DNA of 64,000 nt, from contig JBMFRB010000001.1 of the NCBI GenBank assembly GCA_049968255.1, positions 160,001-224,000 of the forward strand, in the 5' to 3' direction. This DNA comes from Candidatus Sumerlaeaceae bacterium. GTDB taxonomy: Bacteria; Sumerlaeota; Sumerlaeia; Sumerlaeales; Sumerlaeaceae. Positions 27,425 to 36,451 of this stretch are shown one piece after another (position 1 is the stretch's first letter; each line of letters begins with the position of its first letter). The notes below the pieces were generated by a model. The model saw only the letters and a program-made list of their open reading frames with translations. It was not told the DNA's origin and did no database searches. Both the position numbers and the translations under genes were made by a program.

Positions 27425-28765
27425 TCAGTTTGCACCAGCAAACACAGCTTCGACGTCTGCTTTCGCGCTCGCGCCGATGGGCTTAAGATCGAACTTTTCC
27501 TGCAAGATGCGGAGAATGTTCGGCGTGATGAAAGCCGGAAGGGCTGGCCCCAAACGAATGCCTTTGACGCCGAGGTAGAGCAGCGTAAGCAGCACGGCGA
27601 CAGCTTTCTGCTCGAACCAAGAGATGTTGAGGGTGAGTGGCAGATCATTCACGCCGCAACCAAAGACTTTAGCGAGCGCCAGTGCGACCTGGATAGCGCC
27701 GTAAGAATCGTTGCACTGGCCCATGTCGAGCAGTCGGGGAACTTCGAGATCGCCGAGCCGAATTGTGCCATAATCGTAGTCGCGAATCCGATACTTCCCG
27801 CAACCGAGCGTAAGAATGATTGTGTCGGGCGGCGTGAGCTGAGCAAACTCGCTAAAGTAATTGCGGCCAGGCTCTGCGCCATCACAACCGCCAATCACGA
27901 AGAAGCGCTTGATTTTGCCCTCTTTGACCGCCTCGACGATCTTGTCGGCCAAGCTGAGCAACACCGTGTAATGAAAGCCAACCGTGGATTTTTTCAAGGG
28001 TGTCGGGCGGAGTGGGCCAATTTGCTTGGCACGCTCAATGACGGCAGAAAAGTCATTTGTCTTGAGGCGGGTGGCTCCTGGCACCGCCGTGACACGCGTG
28101 GTGAAAAAGCGATCAAGATACGTATTATCGGGCCGCGGAATGAGGACGCAGTTTGTCGTGCCCAGAATGGGCCCACCGAAGCGCTCGAATTCGTCACGTT
28201 GCTTTTGCCAAGCACCCCCATAATGGCCAGCAAGGTTCGGGTATTTTTTCAGCCCGGGATACATGTGGGCGGGAAGCATTTCGCCATGAGTGTAAACCTT
28301 GATATCGGTGCCTTTTACCTGTTCGAGGAGATCCCGCAAATCCACCATATCGTGGCCGGTCACAAGGATGCCAGGCCCCTCCTGGATTCCTTCGAGCACC
28401 TCCATGGGTTGCGGTTGTCCAAAGGTTTCTACGTGACCGTCGTTGAGAAGCTGCATGGTTTTCAGGTTCATGCGCCCGCACTCCATGCAGAGTTCGAAAA
28501 GGCTTTCTATGTCGAAGTTCACATTGGTGACGGTGGCAAAAAGAGCTTCCTCGATGAAGGATTCAATTTCTTCGTCCGTTTTGCCTAGCCGCCGGGCATG
28601 GTGCTTGTACGCGGCCATTCCCTTGAGGCCGTAGAGCAGGAGTTTCTGGAGCGATTCCATATCGGGATCTTTCCCACACACCCCCACGTCTGTACAGGCT
28701 TTACCACGGAACGTTTGTTCGCACTGGTCGCAGTACATTTTCCAGCCGTTGCCGTTCTCGCTCAT
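27425..28765 (-). CDS. hcp: Hybrid cluster protein / hydroxylamine (NO) reductase, short form
   Basis: MYCDQCEQT...CTDVGVCGK, ILVTGHD, THGEMLPAH, GTTNC, GGCDG, GQCND, SWFEQKA. Confidence 0.96.
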   Translation of the reverse strand: MSENGNGWKMYCDQCEQTFRGKACTDVGVCGKDPDMESLQKLLLYGLKGMAAYKHHARRLGKTDEEIESFIEEALFATVTNVNFDIESLFELCMECGRMNLKTMQLLNDGHVETFGQPQPMEVLEGIQEGPGILVTGHDMVDLRDLLEQVKGTDIKVYTHGEMLPAHMYPGLKKYPNLAGHYGGAWQKQRDEFERFGGPILGTTNCVLIPRPDNTYLDRFFTTRVTAVPGATRLKTNDFSAVIERAKQIGPLRPTPLKKSTVGFHYTVLLSLADKIVEAVKEGKIKRFFVIGGCDGAEPGRNYFSEFAQLTPPDTIILTLGCGKYRIRDYDYGTIRLGDLEVPRLLDMGQCNDSYGAIQVALALAKVFGCGVNDLPLTLNISWFEQKAVAVLLTLLYLGVKGIRLGPALPAFITPNILRILQEKFDLKPIGASAKADVEAVFAGAN

Positions 28766-28856
28766 GACTCAGTCTCCTCATGTTTAAGATTTGGAGCGCT
28801 CGCTGACGCGCTCACGTTCTATGACAATCTGGACTCAAGCGGTACTCAGTCTGGCC

Positions 28857-28870
28857 TTGACTTTGATCAA
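28857..28870. promoter_or_regulatory. Crp/Fnr-family (HcpR/DNR-type) operator
   Basis: TTGACTTTGATCAA matches TTGA-N6-TCAA and lies between divergent hcp and the Crp/Fnr gene. Confidence 0.75.
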
Positions 28871-28895
28871 GAATCACTGAGCTTGTTCTAAAACC

Positions 28896-29666
28896 GTGAA
28901 ATGTGGAGAGGAAAACAGATTGAGTTCGACCTCACAAGGCAGAAAACCAAGACATGAAAAGCCAGCAAAGCCGACATCAACGGATAAGGTGGGGAGAGTG
29001 GCTGAGCTTTTTCTTTTTCGCACGTGGGAGCCAGAAGATCTTGCCATCCTCGCGAGGAAAGGGCGCTTTGTCCGCTACAGGCGTGGTGACATGGTCTTCG
29101 AGGGCGGGACAGATTGTGAACATCTTCTTGTGCTGTGCGATGGCCAAATTCAGATGTTCCGCGAGTTGGAGGATGGTCGGAAGGTGGCCCTCCATACCGT
29201 GTGGGCGCCTGCACTCGTGGCGTGTGCTGCGCTATTTTTAGATCAGTGCTATCCGGCCAGCGGCCTCGTTGTTTCCCCCAGAGCTGAAATCTTCGAGTAT
29301 CCGGGCGACGAATTCCTGCAGCTCTTGGAACGCCGCCCGGACCTCGGCCGCAGAATGATTTCGGCCCTTGCCAAACGCATCAGTGAATTGGCAGACCGAA
29401 TCGAGGCCAGTCAATATCTGACGGCAAACGCCCGCCTGGCCCGTTGGCTAAGCGAACAGAAAACCGCACTGCAACCTGACGGCAAGCAGGCAGTTGTTTT
29501 GCAAATGACGAAGCGTAATCTTGCAGCAACACTTGGGATTAAACCGGAAACGCTCTCGCGCGCAATTCGCGACCTTGTGGACGCAAACATTATCGCCATC
29601 CGGAAGAAAGAATTTCTCATCCTCGATCCGGACCGACTGATTGAGATCAGCTCGGCTACTCGCTAG
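28896..29666 (+). CDS. Crp/Fnr family regulator (HcpR-like)
   Basis: cNMP-like domain plus HTH LAATLGIKPETLSR (E..SR recognition helix); divergent from hcp. Start uncertain. Confidence 0.9.
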   Translation: MKCGEENRLSSTSQGRKPRHEKPAKPTSTDKVGRVAELFLFRTWEPEDLAILARKGRFVRYRRGDMVFEGGTDCEHLLVLCDGQIQMFRELEDGRKVALHTVWAPALVACAALFLDQCYPASGLVVSPRAEIFEYPGDEFLQLLERRPDLGRRMISALAKRISELADRIEASQYLTANARLARWLSEQKTALQPDGKQAVVLQMTKRNLAATLGIKPETLSRAIRDLVDANIIAIRKKEFLILDPDRLIEISSATR

Positions 29667-29699
29667 GCGCGCCCACCCTTCTTTTCAGCACCTAAGAGT

Positions 29700-32600
29700 T
29701 TAGGCCATGGGAAAAGGTGGCTCTTCTTTGCCAGGTGCACCGCAACATTTTTTGTATTTTTTACCACTGCCGCAGGGGCAGGGATCGTTGCGCCCGACCT
29801 TGGGGCCTACCCGAACCGGACGCTGAACAGCAAGCGGGCGCACAGAGGGCTCTACCGCACCACCATCGCCTTCAACCTCCTCAGGTGAGGGAGCAACTGG
29901 AACAACTTCCTCGACGGCGGCTTTGCGTGCTTCCATGGAGCGAATCTGCACGTCGGGTTCTTCCGCCTGTTGCAGCACCGGCTGGGTGAGGAAGAAGTGT
30001 TCAAGGATCCCCTTGTGGATGTTATAAAGCAGATCTTCGAAGAGAATAGCGGCTTCTTTTTGGTATTCGACAAGGGGATCGAGCTGGGCATAACCACGCC
30101 AACCCACGTTCTCGCGAAGGTCGTCAATGGCCAGGAGGTGATCCATCCAGTTCGAGTCAATGTGGCGCAGGACCACCCAACGCGATAGCCGCAGCATCAG
30201 TTCGTCGCCGAGCTGGGCGCGCTTGGCTTCGTAAGCTTCGACGAGCTTCGGCTCAATTGCCTGGAGAAACATTTCGGCGTCGAGTCCTTTTGTTTCCTGA
30301 AGAAGGCTGCGGAAATCTGTGTAGGGGATACAGTGCTGTAAATAAGCTAATAGGCCTTCGAGATCCCAATCTTCGGATGGTTTGGCTGGGTCGCCGTATT
30401 CGCCGATTGCATTACGGATGGCGTTTATGTGAAGGCTGAGCATCACATCGCGCAGGTCCTCGCTGAACAGCACTTCGCGGCGCAGGCCATAAATGGCCTC
30501 GCGTTGCTTGTTCATGACGTTATCGTACTCGAGGGTGCGTTTGCGGATTTCGAAGTTACGCGCTTCGACCTTTTTCTGCGCGTTCTCGATGGCGCGTGTA
30601 ACCCACGGATGGGTGATCGGCTCGCCCTCCTCGATGCCGAGACGATCCATGATGCGGGCAAGACGCTCGCTTCCGAAGAGGCGCATCAGATCGTCTTCGA
30701 GTGAGACGTAGAAGATCGAGCGCCCCGGATCGCCCTGGCGGCCTGCACGACCACGCAATTGCCGGTCAATGCGGCGCGCCTCGTGACGTTCCGTGCCGAT
30801 GACCTGAAGCCCGCCCGTCGGGCGCCCTTTCTCGTCATAACGCACGACGTCGGGGTGGAGCTTGATGTCCGTACCGCGACCGGCCATGTTTGTGGCGATA
30901 GTTACGGCGCCGGGCTGGCCGGCGAAACGGATGATTTCCGCTTCGCGCTGGTGATTCTTCGCGTTGAGCACGTTGTGAGGAATGCGTTTGCGCTGGAGCA
31001 TACGGCTGAGCAGTTCGCTCACTTCCACCGAAACGGTTCCCACCAGCACAGGTAACCTTTGCTCATGCAGGCGCACGATTTCATCAATGATCGCGTTATA
31101 TTTTTCGCGTTTTGTCTTATAGATGAGATCGTCTTCGTCCACCCTGATGCAGGGTTTGTTCGTAGGGATCACCACAACGTCCATGTTGTAGGTATGCAAG
31201 AACTCGTTGGCTTCCGTTTCGGCCGTGCCGGTCATGCCAGCAAGCTTCTTGTACATGCGGAAATAATTTTGCAGGGTGATCGTGGCAAGGGTCTGAGTTT
31301 CAGGCTCGATTTCGACGCCCTCTTTGGCTTCGACCGCCTGATGCAGCCCGTCGCTCCAGCGACGCCCGTGCATGAGACGGCCTGTGAACTCGTCCACGAT
31401 GATCACCTTATTATCCTGGACGACATAATCCACGTCCCGCTCGTAAAGTGAGTAGGCTCGCAGGAGTTGGGCAATGTTGTGGAGCTTCTCCGTTTGAACG
31501 GCGTGTTCGGCACGAAGAAGTTCTTTGATGTGCTCACGCTCGAGGCGTGGCACTTCGCTGCCGGGGATCACTTGTTTGACCGCCGAGTGTGGGATTCGTT
31601 GGAGACCGTCGTGGCGCGGAATTTCCCAATGTGTTTCTTTGCGGTACGAAGCCCGCTCTTCGGGGCGTCCGTTGACGAGAACCTTTTGCCCATCCACGAG
31701 TTCGAGTACTTCGAAATCACCGCTATCAACCGCAGCAATTTCCTCGACGATGTCGGGCAGCTCCCAGAGCTTGGGATTTGTGGGCGAGAGTGTGGTGCGC
31801 CCCTGTTCGGTGAGATCGACTTGGTGGCCTTTTTCGTCAATGACGTAGTAAAGCTGCTCTTCGATCTCGCTCATACGCTTGTCGCGCAGATAATCGAGCT
31901 CGACTTTTTCGATGAGGCTTTGCACGCCTGGTTCGCCGCGAAGCTTCATGAGGCGTTTGTGCTTAGGAAGTCCTTTCTGCGCGGTGAGCAGCTTGATGCC
32001 CGCCTCATAGCTTTGCGGATCTTGTTTGAGAAGGGCCTCGGCCTCATCGAGTAGGCGGTTTACTAACTCATTTTGCCTCTTAACGAGATTATAAACGAGC
32101 GGTTTGATTTCGTTATAGCGGTGCGTTGAGCGATCCACGGGGCCGCTGATGATAAGCGGCGTGCGTGCCTCGTCGATGAGGATATTGTCCACCTCATCCA
32201 CGATAGCATAGAAATGCCCACGGCGCTGCACAATTTGGTCAGCATCGGTGGCCATGTTGTCGCGTAGGTAATCGAAGCCGAACTCATGATTTGTCCCATA
32301 GGTGATGTCGCATTCGTACTGGGCTCGGCGCTCGGGCGTACCGGGCTGGGTTTTATCGAGACACCCCACGGTCATGCCAAGAAACTCGAAAATTTTGCCC
32401 ATCCACTCGGAATCGCGGCGGGCCAGGTAATCGTTGACTGTGACGAGGTGCACGCCTTGGCCGGCAAGCGCGTTGAGGTAAAGCGGCATGATTGCGACGA
32501 GAGTCTTCCCCTCGCCGGTCGCCATTTCAGCAATTTTCCCCTGGTGTAGGACAATGGCACCGGCCAGTTGGACATCAAACGGCACCATGTCCCACGTGAT

Positions 32601-32867
32601 TTCAATGCCAGCCGCAGTCCACTTTTTGCCTAAATGTCGACGACACGCTTCCTTTACGACAGCGAAGGCTTCGGGGAGAAGGTCGTCGAGGGTCTCTCCT
32701 TCGCTTAGGCGCTGGCGAAATTCCTCAGTCTTGGCTCGCAGTTCTTCATCCGTCAGAGACTGAAGCTGTTCGTAATGCTCATTGATGAGCTCGACAATGG
32801 GCCAGATGCGGCGCATATCGCGCATCTGTTTGTTTCCGAAGATTTTCGAGATTATGTTTTTGAGCAT
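29700..32867 (-). CDS. secA: Preprotein translocase subunit SecA
   Basis: [65 protein letters not shown] motif [18 protein letters not shown]. Confidence 0.98.
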   Translation of the reverse strand: MLKNIISKIFGNKQMRDMRRIWPIVELINEHYEQLQSLTDEELRAKTEEFRQRLSEGETLDDLLPEAFAVVKEACRRHLGKKWTAAGIEITWDMVPFDVQLAGAIVLHQGKIAEMATGEGKTLVAIMPLYLNALAGQGVHLVTVNDYLARRDSEWMGKIFEFLGMTVGCLDKTQPGTPERRAQYECDITYGTNHEFGFDYLRDNMATDADQIVQRRGHFYAIVDEVDNILIDEARTPLIISGPVDRSTHRYNEIKPLVYNLVKRQNELVNRLLDEAEALLKQDPQSYEAGIKLLTAQKGLPKHKRLMKLRGEPGVQSLIEKVELDYLRDKRMSEIEEQLYYVIDEKGHQVDLTEQGRTTLSPTNPKLWELPDIVEEIAAVDSGDFEVLELVDGQKVLVNGRPEERASYRKETHWEIPRHDGLQRIPHSAVKQVIPGSEVPRLEREHIKELLRAEHAVQTEKLHNIAQLLRAYSLYERDVDYVVQDNKVIIVDEFTGRLMHGRRWSDGLHQAVEAKEGVEIEPETQTLATITLQNYFRMYKKLAGMTGTAETEANEFLHTYNMDVVVIPTNKPCIRVDEDDLIYKTKREKYNAIIDEIVRLHEQRLPVLVGTVSVEVSELLSRMLQRKRIPHNVLNAKNHQREAEIIRFAGQPGAVTIATNMAGRGTDIKLHPDVVRYDEKGRPTGGLQVIGTERHEARRIDRQLRGRAGRQGDPGRSIFYVSLEDDLMRLFGSERLARIMDRLGIEEGEPITHPWVTRAIENAQKKVEARNFEIRKRTLEYDNVMNKQREAIYGLRREVLFSEDLRDVMLSLHINAIRNAIGEYGDPAKPSEDWDLEGLLAYLQHCIPYTDFRSLLQETKGLDAEMFLQAIEPKLVEAYEAKRAQLGDELMLRLSRWVVLRHIDSNWMDHLLAIDDLRENVGWRGYAQLDPLVEYQKEAAILFEDLLYNIHKGILEHFFLTQPVLQQAEEPDVQIRSMEARKAAVEEVVPVAPSPEEVEGDGGAVEPSVRPLAVQRPVRVGPKVGRNDPCPCGSGKKYKKCCGAPGKEEPPFPMA

Positions 32868-33063
32868 CGCTAAATCGTCTGCCTTGTCCGGCTTCCTCGC
32901 TCGATAGGGCCATCAGTAGAGAGGCATGCAACCACATTTGCGGGGCAAGGGGGAAATTATGCTCGAGCTTTTTCCCTGGCCGACTTGCAACATTTTGCTC
33001 GCTCTCGGCTCGGTGGTTTTTCCCCGCTGTGGACCGTTGGATGTTACCCCTGCGTAGAGGAAA

Positions 33064-34173
33064 TTATTTGAGTGCCGGTGCCTTCGCTCCCCGGTCCGTT
33101 GAGCTTTTGAGGAGACCATTTTGGCGCATGGCCTCGACGATGTGATCATTCACGTGAGCCCCGGCCATTTCGGCTGCCACGCGAATGGCATTTTTTATGG
33201 CTTTAGCGTGCGAGGATCCGTGAGCAATAATGCAGTTACCCCGCAGCCCCAGAAGGGGCGCTCCCCCAAACTCGGCGTAATCAACCTGACGCTTGAAGTT
33301 GCGCAGAGCTGGCATCATAGCCACCGCGCCGAGCTGAGAGACCAGGCTCTTTTGGACTTCGCGCTTGATGCTTTCGAGGATGAACTCAACCACCGCTTCG
33401 CCAAATTTTAGCACGATATTGCCAATAAAACCGTCGCACACCACAACATCGAATTTGCCCTTCACAAGGTCTCGGCCTTCAGCGTTCCCCGCAAAACTAA
33501 GATTGGTCTGTTCCAGAAGCTCACGCGTCGCAAAGACGAGTTCGTTGCCTTTTGTCTCTTCTTCGCCAATGGACAGGAGAGCGACTTTGGGGTGGCGGCG
33601 GCCGAACATGTAACGCGAGTACACCGACCCCATAATTGCAAAGTGGAGCAGGTGTCGGGGCTTGCAATCGACATTTGCTCCCACATCGAGAAGAACGCAG
33701 GGGCGCTCCGGATGCGGCAGAATTGCCGATATGGCAGGACGACTGATGCCCGGCAAGGTTCGCCACATCAAGAGGGTAGTGGCCATTGTGGCTCCGGTGT
33801 TGCCGGCCGACACCATGCCCTCAGCACGCCCTTCGTGCACAAGCCGCGCCGCCACGGCAACCGAAGAGCGCGTTTTGCGGAGACTATCAGAGGGCGCCTC
33901 GTGCATGCCGACGACCTCAGGAGCGTCCTCAACTAGCAAACGTGGATGAGTCCATGCGCGGTGACGCAAAATTGATTCAAGTCGGCTGCGTGGGCCCGTG
34001 CAAATCACGGTAAGCCCCGGATATTGATTGATGGCAAGATAGGCGCCTTCGAGCAAGACTTCGGGGCCGTGATCGCTGCCCATGGCGTCGAGAGCAATGG
34101 TGCTTTGGCTGAGCTGGCGCAATCTCCTCCGCTGGCGGACTAGTTGGCGCAGTCTCTGAAATTCTGAAGCCAT
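33064..34173 (-). CDS. plsX: Phosphate acyltransferase PlsX
   Basis: IALDAMGSDHGP, SAGNTGA, LDVGANVD, DGFIGNIVLK, AHGSS; follows rpmF. Confidence 0.96.
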   Translation of the reverse strand: MASEFQRLRQLVRQRRRLRQLSQSTIALDAMGSDHGPEVLLEGAYLAINQYPGLTVICTGPRSRLESILRHRAWTHPRLLVEDAPEVVGMHEAPSDSLRKTRSSVAVAARLVHEGRAEGMVSAGNTGATMATTLLMWRTLPGISRPAISAILPHPERPCVLLDVGANVDCKPRHLLHFAIMGSVYSRYMFGRRHPKVALLSIGEEETKGNELVFATRELLEQTNLSFAGNAEGRDLVKGKFDVVVCDGFIGNIVLKFGEAVVEFILESIKREVQKSLVSQLGAVAMMPALRNFKRQVDYAEFGGAPLLGLRGNCIIAHGSSHAKAIKNAIRVAAEMAGAHVNDHIVEAMRQNGLLKSSTDRGAKAPALK

Positions 34174-34192
34174 CGTTGTGCCCTTTTCCCTC

Positions 34193-34231
34193 AAAAAATA
34201 ACGACAGTTCGGAGCCCCTCCTGAACTGTCG
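34193..34231 (-). terminator. Intrinsic terminator between rpmF and plsX
   Basis: Minus strand CGACAGTTC-A-GGAG-GGG-CTCC-GAACTGTCG followed by TTATTTTT. Confidence 0.65.
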
Positions 34232-34273
34232 CCATTCCGCGAAGCTTACAGATCGTAAGTTGGGACGAACTTT

Positions 34274-34468
34274 TTACTCTGCCGTCACTGGCTTGACAGG
34301 GCCGTATTGGCGGCCTTTGTATTCGCCGCAGTTCGGGCACACCTCGTGAGGCAACCGCGGTTCGCCGCACTTGGGGCACGGGGCAAAGCTTTTGATCTCT
34401 TCTAATTTATGATGTGCACGTCGGCGGTCGCGCCGCGACGGGCAGTGACGCCGTCTCGGAACCGGCAT
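34274..34468 (-). CDS. rpmF: 50S ribosomal protein L32 (Zn-binding form)
   Basis: [21 protein letters not shown]...HEVCPNCG; RBS GGAGG. Confidence 0.96.
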   Translation of the reverse strand: MPVPRRRHCPSRRDRRRAHHKLEEIKSFAPCPKCGEPRLPHEVCPNCGEYKGRQYGPVKPVTAE

Positions 34469-34505
34469 GGTTTATCCTCCAGGTCAACTTGCTTGCAACG
34501 CTGTG

Positions 34506-34535
34506 CTTATACTAAAGGCTGTGGCCAAAATTCAA
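34506..34535 (-). promoter_or_regulatory. Putative sigma70 promoter for rpmF
   Basis: TTGAAT-N18-TATAAG on the minus strand. Confidence 0.45.
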
Positions 34536-34549
34536 GAGAGCTCCCCTAG

Positions 34550-35005
34550 CTAGTGACGAATAAGATGATCGTCGTTTGGATCTGTGTTATTATTTGTGCC
34601 GATCGAACACTTGGGGAGATCCTGAATGTTGCCAAGAGTGTAGGTGCCACCGTCTGGGCACCTTGGCATGAGCTGCTTGACAAGCTCCGGCGTGAGACCG
34701 CGGCGAGCTTTGTCCGGATACATGACCGCTAACACCTCCTCCCATGTGACCGCTCCCACGGCGGTGGCACGCATCTCCGCGATTTTGCGTTTGGCGGCTT
34801 GAATGCGCTCGAGATTTTCCCTGCAAATCCGGGCGTGTTCAAGGTTTCCGGTGGGATTTGATTTGCCGATTTTACTGACCTTGTGGCGGCCGACGAGATA
34901 AAAATGCTGGCCCCAGATAAGAAGCTGGTCGCGATCGAAAAAGCCAAAAGCGAATAACGCGACGATTGCCATTACAGCGCCAATCATGACGGTTTTTCGT
35001 TTCAT
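34550..35005 (-). CDS. Membrane-anchored protein with pilin-like disulfide domain
   Basis: N-terminal TM; ICRENLERIQAAK...PRCPDGGTYTLG...PKCSIG...H; no class III signal. Confidence 0.65.
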   Translation of the reverse strand: MKRKTVMIGAVMAIVALFAFGFFDRDQLLIWGQHFYLVGRHKVSKIGKSNPTGNLEHARICRENLERIQAAKRKIAEMRATAVGAVTWEEVLAVMYPDKARRGLTPELVKQLMPRCPDGGTYTLGNIQDLPKCSIGTNNNTDPNDDHLIRH

Positions 35006-35034
35006 GGCTCCGCCGCTCAACAGAAATTCCTGCT

Positions 35035-35064
35035 ATTACAGCGCAGGCCCACGAGAACTGTCAA
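35035..35064 (-). promoter_or_regulatory. Putative sigma70 promoter
   Basis: TTGACA-N18-TGTAAT on the minus strand upstream of 35005. Confidence 0.45.
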
Positions 35065-35100
35065 GTCATTGCCGTCGCAGTGAATCGTGAGCTAACAAGC

Positions 35101-36336
35101 CTAAGCCAGGCGACGCGAAGGCGACGCACCAGCAATCATGTGACGCACAAGTAAAATTGCGATCGTCAACAGAACTGCCGTAAAGGCGGCCCCCGCAGCC
35201 AGGAGCGTGCGCTTTGGCCAAACGCGAACGTCTGGCATCACAGGCGCGGACAACGCGCGCAAATCGCCCGCAGTGGGCAGGCCTTTCCCGTCCCATTCAA
35301 AATAAGCGGCGGCCACGCTTCGATAAACGTCGAGGGCACTGCGCAGGCGCTGACGCTCTGCCTGTTTTTCGTCGTAGAGCCGAGACACGGTGCTTAGGCG
35401 TTGCTGAGTTTGTGCGAGCAGCGTTTCGAGTTGGCGAATCCTTGCTTCGAGTTGAAGGATCGTGGAGCTCAGAACACTCTCCTCCTTCGCAAGGAGCTCT
35501 GCCGTGGCAGTTGTGGCAAGTGGCAGGCCGACGCGGGCGCGTTCGAGTTCAAACTGAAGACGAAGATACCGTGACCAAAGCCCTTCAGGCTTGGGAGGCG
35601 GTTGATTGACCGATACCAGCACATTTGCAGCATTGGGGGTATTTCTGGCATTCATGGCATCCAACGGTGCTTCCGGCCACTCCGCAGGTGCTAGCACGTC
35701 GAGCGTTTCGGCCAAAAGTTTGCGCCGACCAACAATTTGACTGTCCAGCTCTGCCCTTTCTTTGTCGAGTGCTGCAAGTTCAGCGTCGAGTTGTCGGTCG
35801 CGCTTGCCCATCGCATCCGCGCGCTTTTGGGCCTCTTCCAGGGAGACATTGCCAAATTTAGTGACGAGATTGCGCACCCACGACTCTGCCAGAAAGCGTG
35901 TTTGCTCGCGTCCGCGGAATCTGACCTTCAGCTCCAAGACTGGCGAGAACTCTTTTTTTACTGTCGTATCCTGCAAGGTTTCCGATGCGACCTCGAACTG
36001 CTTTACGAACTTTTCAAAGTCGCCAGGCTTATTGCCAAATTTTGCTGTGTACTCGTCGTAAACGCGCCTCAGAAGCTCAGGGTTCTTGGCCAGCCCCGCC
36101 ACAGTCATTGGGCTGATGGGCCTGATATCAAAGATCTCCATGCGGTCCACATAGACCGCCGTCTTGGCTTCAAACTCCTCAGGCACAAACCTCATGGCCA
36201 GGTAGGTGAGAAGTGCCACGAAAAATCCAACCGCAAGAATAAGCCAGCGATAGCTCCAAAGATAAACAAGGCGCTCAGCGGCTACTGTCGCCACCGCCCC
36301 GGTCGACGAAATCGAAGATGAACGCTCGATGGCCAT
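35101..36336 (-). CDS. Second Wzz/GumC-like chain-length determinant, no kinase domain
   Basis: LWSYRWLIL-TM-PEEFEAKTAV, coiled coil, APVMPDVRVWPKRTLL-TM. Confidence 0.8.
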   Translation of the reverse strand: MAIERSSSISSTGAVATVAAERLVYLWSYRWLILAVGFFVALLTYLAMRFVPEEFEAKTAVYVDRMEIFDIRPISPMTVAGLAKNPELLRRVYDEYTAKFGNKPGDFEKFVKQFEVASETLQDTTVKKEFSPVLELKVRFRGREQTRFLAESWVRNLVTKFGNVSLEEAQKRADAMGKRDRQLDAELAALDKERAELDSQIVGRRKLLAETLDVLAPAEWPEAPLDAMNARNTPNAANVLVSVNQPPPKPEGLWSRYLRLQFELERARVGLPLATTATAELLAKEESVLSSTILQLEARIRQLETLLAQTQQRLSTVSRLYDEKQAERQRLRSALDVYRSVAAAYFEWDGKGLPTAGDLRALSAPVMPDVRVWPKRTLLAAGAAFTAVLLTIAILLVRHMIAGASPSRRLA

Positions 36337-36451
36337 AGTGGCTTTGACGGGACCGCAAGTGGTTCGGGGTGTCAATCCCGAATCAGCAGAGGCAGCCCCA
36401 TAGCCGGTTGGAGTTGACTGCAGTCACCGCGGCTCCCTGCATTACAACGAT

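Noticed and set aside
27377-28588. 403-aa plus-strand ORF
   Set aside because: Antisense shadow of hcp; no recognisable motifs.
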